A DNA stretch of 64,000 nt, taken from NCBI GenBank assembly GCA_002104905.1, contig MCFE01000067.1:62001-126000 (forward strand), in the 5' to 3' direction. The translations under genes were made by a program, and so were the position numbers. Shown here piece by piece: positions 39,858-50,600 of the stretch (its first letter is position 1; each line of letters opens with the position of its first letter). The DNA is from Basidiobolus meristosporus CBS 931.73 (Eukaryota > Fungi > Basidiobolomycota). The notes under the pieces were generated by a model. The model searched no databases. It was given only the letters and a program-made list of their open reading frames with translations, and was not told the DNA's origin.

Positions 39858-40157
39858 CCCTAAGAAAAAAAAACTGGGAAACAACCAGCAAAATACAATC
39901 ATAGTATCAGCAGAAGTCCAAGTTTCTCAAAGTTGACAACTCTCAGTAGCTCTGCTCTGAGTTGATGGGCAGGCAAGCAAACATGTTCTCCACAAGGAGA
40001 CTAGGCAAACTAGCATTCATACCAAATTTGGCAATTAACTGCCCATTACTTCCATCAAGAATTGCATTTGAAATTTTGAACCCAAAACACCAGCTGAATG
40101 CCAGCAAAATACCAGCTAAAAGTCAGATGAATTCCAAGTTTGAGATTCTTCATAGGG
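39858..40157. mobile_element. 300-bp non-autonomous CCCTA element (MITE-like), TSD TAT
   Basis: CCCTAAGAAAAA...TTCTTCATAGGG; TAT at 39855-39857 and 40158-40160; clean insertion in the LTR. Confidence 0.82.
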
Positions 40158-41958
40158 TATCATCCCATGATTATTCCCCTATAGCCAAAATCAAATTAGC
40201 ACTTTTACTAAACATTATATACTAACCCTGAAACTGTTACAGAATGCTCCTGAATGTTGAGAAGCGCTCCTTACTTAGTCCTACATTTGTATTACTTCTA
40301 CAAAGGTATTAACACTGAACTTCTATATACACTTGGAAAAATAATTTGGTCCTGCAGGTGAATCCAATCCAGATCAGCCTTCAAGATCCCATTTAAAGAC
40401 CATCATAATAGCAGCAGCTTGGAGTTAGTGACCCTCCTAATGATCTTATGACAAGATCATGACGGTGTTTTGCTAATTTTAGAGCCAAATAAAGGGATAA
40501 AACTTGACAATATTTTATTGGTGCTGTAACAATACTTGCATGGTATTGTTGCATTCTTTCAGTGCTCTATAACTGTTTTAAGTGGATCCAGTTGGCCAGG
40601 ACATCCAATTACCTTGTATGACAAGAAACTTGATGGTATTTTGACAGCCTCATGGCAAGACTCTGATGGCATTATATTGCAGTATGATGGCCTACCACTG
40701 GTTCTGTATAATGCTACCATACTAATTTACCAGATTGTATTTCCTTTTTCTACCTCCCTTTGTGCAATTGATATATTCCACTGTAAAATCACCCCTCTTT
40801 ATTTGCTTACCCACTACTACCTTGGGTATTACACATATAGTTTAAATCAGAAAAAACCATGGCCTCCTGCTTACTAACCTCTACAAATGCGCACAACTGC
40901 TGCAATTGACATACTCCTATTACTTCAACTTTACGGCTTTTTAGTGTGATACTTGCAAACTTGCCATATACCTTGTACTGCTAGTAAAAAATACATCTTG
41001 CAAACATATGCTTGGTTGTTGCCACTGGTGCCATGAATATATCCTCAATATCTGCAAAGAACCTCTTGGTATTTAGCCAATATATTCCTTCTCCCTGCTG
41101 GATTTTAGTCCCCCTTATAGGTGCACTCTGGCTTTTGTTTGTGTGAATTCTGTATTGAATAGTATATAAGTTGACTTGTGACCACAAGAGATCTGGCATA
41201 TCTTGGAGGAGTTTTCCTGCTAATAATTAGTTGCTTGTTGCACCCAACCCAACTGTGCATTTCTTAACTGATTACCCACACATTGGGGATGCTTAGCTTC
41301 TTATTGCCATAGACATAGGTGTCTCCATGTGCACATTTGTCCCCAGTATTTTCCAACTCTTGCTGGCTGCCCTCCTTGTGCCAACTAATCACATCCATGA
41401 TGGACTTGAAGGTAATATTCTTGATGAGATCGAGATATGGTAGTACCTGCAACTTGACTTGTCTTCAATCTCCCCATACCTCTGCTCCATAGGAAACTCC
41501 CAAAAGGTGAAGTAAGGCCCAATATTCTCCACACACCATGCAAGATAGAGTAGACAATGGATACAGTAGCAGCAGAGATCTACACATTCAGCTTCATGCT
41601 TGTAGTATAGCCGCTCAAATTGCGTTACAAACTCCTCACACAACTGCTGTAGATGTGTCAAGTTGGCATTGGTGATCTGCTTCTGGATAAATATTCCTAC
41701 AATGTCTACATATGACTCCCAATGCTTCCAATGTACTATTGGTAGGAATGGCTTCAGAACACTGCTTGAATAAATAGTCTTGTTCTGTTGGATAGTGCCA
41801 CATAGTGCCAGCCTGTTTATGGTGCCGGATTGATCTGGCACTCTACAGCACTATCTGGCACTATAATTTCTACCATGATGCCAGTGGTATGATACAGTTA
41901 CTGGTAATTTTACTCAATCTTACTTATGTTGCTCAGAATAGTGCTTTCCTTGCTTTAT

Positions 41959-42843
41959 TTACTCTTCATAATGCTCCAGACACATTTCTCTCAGTGGATG
42001 TCTTCTTGTGTGAACATACTGTGCATTAATAAATATCTTAACTATTTTACCTATTGTGCTGTTTTCTCCTATATATGTCATTCCTCTGTATTTACCTGCC
42101 AATATGCTGCATCTCCTCAGATATCCAAATGTGTGCTCTACCCTCACTCTGAAATGATTAAATATCTCATTGTTGAGCTTCTGCTTCCTGCTAAGCACAC
42201 CATTCCTTGGCTTCCCATAAGCTGTAATACATCCTAATCTCTGACAATCCTCTCCTATATAGACTAAGTCTGCCATACATTTCTCCCCTCTACTGAATTC
42301 AGGATGATTCTCTACCCAGAGTGCTTTGTCATGCCTACTTCCAGCAAATGGCCCACTAAACCAGATGATGTTACCCTCAATGTCAGACAGTGCTTAAAAC
42401 TTCACACAGTGTACCTTGTACTTGCCAGAATAAAAGTGCCTCTTCCTTCTAGGAGGTCTATTAATCCTCACTGGGAAGGTATCCAAAATACTCCTGATAT
42501 GGAACCTGTTGCTGAACACTCTGGGATATGGAAGTCTATTGGAGCTTCTGAACCTAGTATTCCAAGCTTGCTCTAAGTCATTCATACCCTCTGCAAGGTG
42601 GTTCTCCATTGCTGTCAGCTGGGAATGAAAGCTTCTAGGACTTTTGTTGCCATGGATGGTGGGATGAAACCTTGTAGGGCAATAGTTCTTGTAATAGCAG
42701 AGAAGCTTAACAAGGGATCTCCTTGAGTAGATTGGGGTTGATGGTCCACAGTACTTGGAATAGATCTCCTCTAGTGTGGCAAAAGGAAATCCAGTGGTAT
42801 TGATGGGATTGATGAGAAAAGACCATTCAGATGAGTAAGTCAT
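41959..42843 (-). pseudogene. DDE_Tnp_4 (IS5/Harbinger-like) transposase, about 294 aa, one premature stop (TAA at 42394-42396)
   Basis: ILDTFPVRINRP..FYSGKYKVHCVKF*ALSD..GNII.FSGPFAG.RHD, MADLVYIG, FNHFRVRVEHTFGYL. Confidence 0.88.
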
Positions 42844-43184
42844 ATTAAAATTGGTGGATGATTGTATGGAGGTGGTTTCAATTGATTTGGCTCAATCTGT
42901 GTTATTTATCTGATTTTTAATACATTATGGTTAAATCTCCATCCATTGCCATGTATCCCATCATTATGTTGCAAAAATCATCTGCAAACAATGCCTTAGT
43001 ACTTTTATTGATGCTTTAATCATAGGTCTATAATCAAATAGGAAATCTGCAACTGATGTGATCTGATCCATGTCAATACAATCCAAGATGCATCATGCAT
43101 AATATATGGAAAATTCAACAATCACATTAGTTTTCATATATCTTTCATATAAGACCAGGTTGATGCCAATATACTGCTGTATAA

Positions 43185-45170
43185 ATATCCAAATTCATTG
43201 CTATAGTCCCCATACCAAGCCTCAACTCATCATTAGTACAACCCAGACAAAACCCATCCCCCAGCTCACAAGCGTGGTCCAGACCAGAAAAGTCAATGTT
43301 GGATCTGTTTGAGTTCTTGCCAAATGATTTTAGTATGGCCCAAGTGTCTATGATGAGCCTTCATACAGATATTTGGGCACTACTGACTAATCTAGCAGAA
43401 CCAGATACCTCAGAGAGTTGACAAAGATGGAAGAATCTGAGTAGAAAGCTGTGGCATGAGTTCTACATCAAGATGCCAGCCAATGTATGTAAGAAGATAT
43501 ATAACAATACAAGTATTGAAATCAAGAATGAGCTGAGAGTGAGGGGATTTGAAAAAGTAGCCACGCGGGAAAAATTTGCACGCAATTTGCACCGTATGGG
43601 CTGGACGCATCCATTTGTGCCTCAACTTTGGGAACCAAGGAGATTTTGAATGAGTTTTTGCCTTGAATGACTAATGTACTATGTGATATATTAGTAGAGC
43701 CAAGTGGTTTACAAGAGCAATATACACAGGACTCATCCAGGCAACAGATCCAAAGTATCAGACACAGGGTAAGTGAATACCTTGAGGAATCAGACAGTGA
43801 GCTTCAGGAGGAAGAATACAGACCGCAAGCAACATCTTCCAGATTGCCCCAGCATGCCTTGCTGGATTCCCTACCATCTCTTACAACCACAGCATGCCAG
43901 CACATGTCAGTCCAGACCATGCCAACACCCTTTACCAGAATGCCCGGCATTGAGTCAACGTGCGCACTTCAGAGCAAAACTACAAGAACTAGCCAAACTG
44001 GTCATTTAGACACAAGTCCATTGGAGCAGACCAAGTCGCATCAACATGCAGCATCACATCAAACTCAGCCAAGGGCCATCTCAACGTGTCAAGGTGCGCC
44101 TGCGTGTGCCATTTTGCCTGACCATCAGCAAGTTACTTCTGGTGAACTGACTGATGATGACCAACAGGAAGTGCCTCAACCACCAGAGCCCTTGGCAAGT
44201 AAAAGTACGCGTTGGCATGTGGCACTACAGGCCGGTTCAGTCAGTTCAGTTGGAGCAATTCAGCGTGGCCAAGCTGCAGCACTGCACTCATCAACTAGGA
44301 GGCAAAATACTAGATTTGTTCCGTTGGATAGTGCCACATTGAGCCATAAGTGCCAAATGATGCCATAGTGTGCCAGAGAGGCCAAATGAGCCTCTACCTG
44401 GCCACAGAGTGTGAAACATAGCTCTGCATCTTCATACAAATCAGCCCCTGTGTTTCACCCATTGTGTTGGAGAAAATCCATTTTTTGACCTTTTTTTTGG
44501 ATTAATTTTGTGCAGGATGTGTTAGAGCACAAGCAGATTGAAGATATGCATCTGGTACTCAATACCCATGGCACTCTGAATCTAGCTCCTATAGCTTGTA
44601 TCATGTCACAAAAATGAATGGCACTATCTTGGTCCACTGGTACTATCTGGCACTATAAGTGCTTTTTATAGATCTTACTTTAGGGCTAATATTTAAATAT
44701 AGTGCCAGGTAGTAGCAGTGGACCAAGATAGTGCCATTCATTTTTGTGACATGATACAAGCTATAGGAGCTAGATTCAGAGTGCCATGGGTATTGAGTAC
44801 CAGATGCATATCTTCAGTTCTCCTGTGCTCTTACACATCCTGAGCTACATTGATCCACAAAAAAAGGTCAAAAAATGGATTTTCTTCTGCACAATGGGTG
44901 AAACACAGGGGCTGCTTTGCATGAAGATGCGGAGCTATGTTTCACACTCTGTGGCCAAGTATAGGCTCATTTGACCTCTCTGGCACACTATGGCATCATT
45001 TGGCACTCATGGCTCAATGTGGCACTATCCAATGGAACAAGTCTACTGACTACAAATACACAAGTAGCCAAGATGATAGTCAGCCAGGAAGTAGTATAGG
45101 TGTGCAAAGTGAGTCAATACCAAATGCTTCAGTAGTAGTCCCTGTGAGAAAAAAACCCAGGAGAAGATGA
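43185..45170 (+). pseudogene. PHIS accessory ORF with a Myb/SANT-like (trihelix-like) N-terminus and a basic C-terminal NLS, interrupted by a MITE
   Basis: AWSRPEKSMLDLF...DIWALLTNL..SES(TGA)QRWKNL at 43272-43440. A frameshift or short intron near 43557-43660, then 43667-44311 joins 45048-45170 in frame, ending PVRKKPRRR*. Confidence 0.6.
44312..45044. mobile_element. 733-bp foldback MITE of the same PHIS family, TSD ACT
   Basis: Arms 44312-44657 and 44698-45044 (about 27 mismatches in 346 bp), 40-bp loop. ACT at 44309-44311 and 45045-45047. First about 28 bp match the left end of the host element. Confidence 0.93.
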
Positions 45171-46586
45171 TGCAATTGCTTTGAATTGCTCAGATTTGTA
45201 AAGATCCTGACAACCCATTTTTTTTGCAATCCAAATCAAGCCATTGCAAATCAGTGATCATCAAATTTTTGATATAAGTAATATCAAGGTTGTCTCACAT
45301 TGGAGACAGAACCCCTATAAATAAATACCCTGCATATATACACGTCATCTGTAATACCAGTGCAGCTATTGGATCTGTTTCACACCTACACAATTGCTTG
45401 CATGCTAGCTGTGACACCTTGTCCAATCACTAGGATCAGGGATTTACTTGCTCTATGGGCAAAATGGGATATTTGATGGCAAATCAGGTAGCTTTTTTAG
45501 TAGTCAATGAGCCAATTGGGGGCTGCCAGCTAAAGGATCCTTTTGGACCAATTAACCACTGAGATACCATCCAATTGGAGTGAGGGTAACCAAAATGGTA
45601 AGTATCAGTTTAGTTTGTAGTGTGATACACATTTATTTCCATTTACATTAAAGAAACATATCCAAATACTGGATCTTACCTGCCATAATAGAGGTATCCA
45701 ATTGCGCACGTGATGCAAACATTACAAGTTGGCACAATCATCCGTGCCAACCTCATTGTGTCAGGTTGTGCCATAGTGTGCAAGATTGTCCCGCATAGTG
45801 CAAAATTGTCCAAGAACAATCCTGCCTTCTGGTAGCTATAATATTGTGCCCAATCATTCTTTACAACCGCAGATTGCGCCACACACCCTGGCATGGTACG
45901 ATGGAACAAGTCTAATACATATCCAGCTCATCCAGTCTTTTCATTTGTATTGTTGCACATGTGTATGTATTTTAATCAGAGCCTGTGAGAAGTACTTAGG
46001 GTAGCGGATACTCTGTAATATATTGCCAATTCTTTCAAGTTTCTTGGTTATCTCAAAGGGCTCATTTAGCTTGAAATGCCCCATGTAAAACTTAGTAATC
46101 AGTATAGGGATATTGCTGAAAAGCAAATGTACTGCTCCCAGTGGGAAGCTTTTGCTCCAACAGATACCCTCTATCTTTAGTATCTCTGGTTTCCAATTGA
46201 TTCCATATTCTGGCCAATGGCCTATAGCTTGCCAACTTTGCTGCTACTGCATGCTTACTTCTGTATGCTCTCTCCATAGAAAGATGATGTTCTTAGTGCT
46301 GGTGTTTGGGTAATAATGATGTATGTATATTATAGAGTAAATCCCCTGGATCTCACACATTTGACAGCAATACCATCCATTGATGCAATGGTAGCATTTT
46401 TGGATATGAATGCCATGCAACTTTTAATGCATGCTGGAATCAGGACAGTCTCTGGATCAAATGTTGCCAGCCACATGATGGTTGACCACTTGTACCATGT
46501 ATATGGTAAGTGGCATCCCAGTATGATTTTGATAAGAAGTAGTAATAAATCCTCAAAGCCCCCATTACTGATTTTAGTGGAAACAC

Positions 46587-47655
46587 TGTGGTGGTGTATA
46601 AGTCCAAGGGAGAGATATGTCCAACACTTCTCAAGTGTTATGTGTGTGGGGTTTCACTGGGTGCAATAACCTCTGCCAAAAGCTTGCTAGGAATACCTGG
46701 GCTCTGTCTCTAATCTAATGTGATGGGGAATAAAGCCACAAGCTTGTCAAGGGAAAACTATTGAGCTACAATCCCCAACTTAGTTGGTGTCTTAACAAAA
46801 GTATGTGCTGGGTTCAGTGTCCTTTAAGATGACAATGTACTAAAGCTTCCAAAGTCAAAACAACTGTAAACTCCACCAGCAGGGACTTGATAAGAATGCA
46901 GCTGTAGTCAGTAGCTACAAAGACAGAAAAATATCTTTGCCTGTACAAGAACAAACTTGGGAAAGAATGAAATATTATAAAAGATACCTACTCTGAGTAT
47001 TCCTCACAAGTAGTGCCTCAAAGGTTAATTGGCTGTCAGCATGGTTTCCTGGGAGTGTCCTGTGGTCTGGGGTTGGAAGTTCAGGTAGCAGCAGGTAGCA
47101 GTGATCACACTAATCAACAAGTTGGTATATTAATAAAAGGGGTGATGATTTATTGTTGAGGGATAGCCTCCCTTATATACTTTTCTTACTGCCTAAGTGA
47201 TTACTAATTGTGCTGTTCCAGAGGTTCTAGAGATCAATAGAAATCTTAATGACATCAGAATGACCTAGGAGTATCCTAAGTAGGTGCCAGAAGGTTCTAA
47301 GAGGCGCAGCACATCCAACCAATCAGGAATCAGTATGATGAAGCCTGTGTAACATAGGGATACCATAATTGGTATGAGAATGATGAGGATAGTGACACAG
47401 GTTGATCATGTGTCTTGGGTACTGGCACAGGTACTTGCCTAATAAAGACGTACTTACAGCTAGTAATCTAACATAACGTGAGGGATAACTTATGCAATAA
47501 GGTAAGTAGGTGAGAGAGTCAATTGGCTTATGGGACAGTACTGATCAGGTAAGACAAATGGGATAAAACTAAAATAAGTGTAGTAGAGATATAGGGAAGT
47601 AGGAAATATGGGAATGAGCACAACTGTAAGTGGGTATTACTGTGACCCCACTACT
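46587..47655 (+). mobile_element. 1.07-kb solo LTR, TSD ACAC, in the CACTA transposase
   Basis: ACAC at 46583-46586 and 47656-47659; removal restores GGAAACACACCACTT, similar to about 59146-59160. Confidence 0.85.
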
Positions 47656-50600
47656 ACACACCACTTTGCTAGCCACAACATTACATCATTTACCAATAGA
47701 TGGGTTACTGAGCTCACTTGGCTCCATAAAGTATCCTTGGCATTTGTTTCAATGGGTGTTGTCTCCTTGCATATACGGATTTGACCAAGCTCATAAATGG
47801 TACTGTTATTAGGGGAGATAGGCTCAAAATCCATCAGTGGACCTTCTTTGTCAGAGCTATCACTCTGTGTGCTATATTCAGAAGGCTGAGGTGAGCCTAA
47901 GGGCATTACAAACTCACCTGACTCATTTTGTGCAAGGTGATAAAGATGGCCAGGTCCCAATATAGAAGTGTCAACTGGCTGGCAAGATAATGTTGGGACA
48001 GTGGTGACCAATGAATTGTCAAATATGACTTGGGTGGCAAAACACTGGCCATGATCTTTGTAATACTTCCTATGCTGTCAGCATGCTTTGTGGCTGAGAG
48101 GCTTGCCACAATAGTCACATGGTCTTTTTTCTCTTCTCTTATGGTGTTGAGTCAAAATAGTCTTGTCCATGGGGAAAACAGTTTGACCTTCAACAATGTA
48201 ACTCTATTACATCACTTTTAGGCCAATACTCATGCGAACTTAAGACAGTCTTGTATTTGAGACATTGCACCTACATGAATGTAAGATTCAATGATGACCT
48301 GCCATAGTAAACACTATAAATATGATTATGATACCACATATACATGTCTATGTAACACTATTTCCCCTTTGGTTTTACTCACTTCCATATATATGCTGCC
48401 AAAAAATAAAGCAAAGTTGTCTGGTTCTCAACCAAACCCCACTGCTGATGGCAACAGAAGTACGGTTTGACAACAGCTTGCTTTGACATTCAGTGTAACA
48501 AGCATGGCTACATCCAAAACAGGCCCTGTGGACAGTGTGCCCATTGAAGGTAATAATGCGGACTCCTCAGGCTCTCAGTCAAGCAGGTAATTGAGAGCCT
48601 CTGCAGAGCCACAAGCTGACCATTATGCTCATGCAGATGAGAATGTAGCAAATGCAGTACCCTCAGTTGAAGATCAGCAAGTGGTCATGATAACATCACC
48701 ACCACAAATGTTAGCAAGTATGTTGTCAGCTCATACCAAAGAATTAATGAAATAATTAGGTGAAGTGGCTGATTGGATAGATGCAATGGCCCAGAGAAAT
48801 CAGGAAATAGTCCTGAAACAGGATGAGTGAATAATATGTGTAGAACAATCAATATCCCAGGTAGAGAAAGCAGTATCTTTGCTGCAAAGAAGGAACTCAG
48901 GCAGCTCAATGTCACAGCCAAGAATTGAGTCATTTTCTGATGTAACAGTAGAGGAACACCATAAAGTCTTTGAAGCAGAGCAACAGTGCCCAAAGATAAA
49001 GCCCACAGAAGAACCTATCACAGTGTGGGAGGGAGACAATGTGGTGTAAATACCAAAGCCTAAAAATCAAAAGACACTGAAGATCTGTGAAGCTGTTGAG
49101 TGCAATAATGAAGAGTGGGCTAATATACAAGAGGCCATAAGAAGTCTAGCATGCCATCACCTTTAGGCTGGCATACCATGGGACCATCAGGAACTCAAGG
49201 CCAAGCAGAATGCACTCAACTTGTTCTATGAGCATTATCCTGGATTCAAATGGGTAAAAGATCTTGGGCCAGCATTGGTACGCTATGAAAGTATCTCAAG
49301 AATAGCAGAAACTATCAAAGGCAGAAGAACAATGGTGCCATGGCTAAAAACCAGCAGCTTGCTCAAGAGCCTGTTACGAGCAGGGCCAAAAGCTCCTGAC
49401 AAGTGTCAAAGAGATGTCAGGCAGCTGGAAGAGTGCCAATTAGGGACTAGCAGGTAGACATGAATGCACCAGCACAACATTTATCAAGGAAAATGCATAG
49501 TACCACTCAAGAAGCACCCAGTGAAAGTAGTAGAGAAGGACCTGGCAGTGATAAAAACCAGTCACATTTACATGAGCCCATCACAACTACAGTTGAGAGC
49601 TTGAAACAAGCTGAAAAGAAACATCAGGTTGCCAGAAGAGTGCCAGCAAGGGACAAGAAGGCCAAAACAGATGTTTCATAGCAGAATTTATCCTGGAGAA
49701 AACGTAGTTCTTTACAAGAAGCACTTAAACAAAGTAGTGGTGATAGACCAAGCAGTGATAAAGGAAAAGGTAAAGGGAAAAATGTCTACCCAAGCCTGAG
49801 ACAGGGAGGCATGCAAAAAAAACTGCAGTCTTGCCAAGTAACACCACAAGCCAGGAACAGACTGAGTCCCATCATAGCCAACAAGAAAACAGCTGTTCTC
49901 ACAAGAGTTGGAAGCGCAGCCAGTTGAGCTATACTCCAGCAAGGTAGATAAGTTTGCTGAAAAAGGCAACTTGTCTACCACAGCATCCACAGCCTCCACA
50001 GTTTCCATTGTTGACAGAGTGGAGATCCCACTGACAGATAAGGCTACAATGTCAAGAGCCTGAAAGACTATCACAATGCCTACAGCAGAGTTTTGGAACA
50101 TTAATTGGCACACCAATAGGCTGCAGAACTTCTTCAAGAGCAGTGCTCAAGACAATGCACTGGAATATTGCAAGGATTAATTGCAAAGACTGGTGGATGA
50201 GGAGCTAGACCTTGCAGTTCTGGCTGAAGACCAGGATGTGTGGGAACCAGTGAATGAACGGTGGCATATAGCCATTGGGTTCCCGCCAAAGTCATGGAAC
50301 CAGTGCATTACAGCAGAGATACATATGGAGTGGTGGATTTAAATGGAGTTACTTGTTGAGTGTGGGGTTGGGCTTAATGTTAGTGTAGGGTATTGGGACT
50401 TGTATAGGTCAATACAATTGGCAATTGAGGTACAACTGAAGCTTCAACAGAAATAAATCAATTTGTATTCATGAAAAGTAAGAGAAATGGTTGAGTCAGG
50501 AAGTAAGGGGTATGAAAAAGAGGCAATAGCCAACCAATTCACACAAATGTAGGAGGCAATAGAGTGTCTGGGATCAGAAAGTGAGCAATTTAGCAGGGAA

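Larger units (their letters stand above)
41776..45913. mobile_element. PHIS-superfamily (PIF/Harbinger-type, Pangu-like) DNA transposon, TIR AG(A/T)CTTGTTC, TSD AAT
   Basis: AAT at 41773-41775 and 45914-45916. Removal restores CTTGAATAAATACATATC seen at about 5845. Subterminal TWGTGCCA repeats at both ends. Confidence 0.85.

Noticed and set aside
41959-42843. Bacterial IS5 element or contamination
   Set aside because: Nested with TSDs inside eukaryotic CACTA and LTR elements, shares their CpG loss, and has a Myb/SANT-like partner ORF.
43667-44368. 233-aa ORF as an independent gene
   Set aside because: Its last 18 codons are MITE sequence; it is the middle of the PHIS accessory ORF.
41776-45044. 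Repeated TAGTGCCA/TGGCACTA units as a CRISPR-like array
   Set aside because: Short, irregularly spaced, on both strands and confined to transposon subtermini; no cas genes; eukaryotic context.
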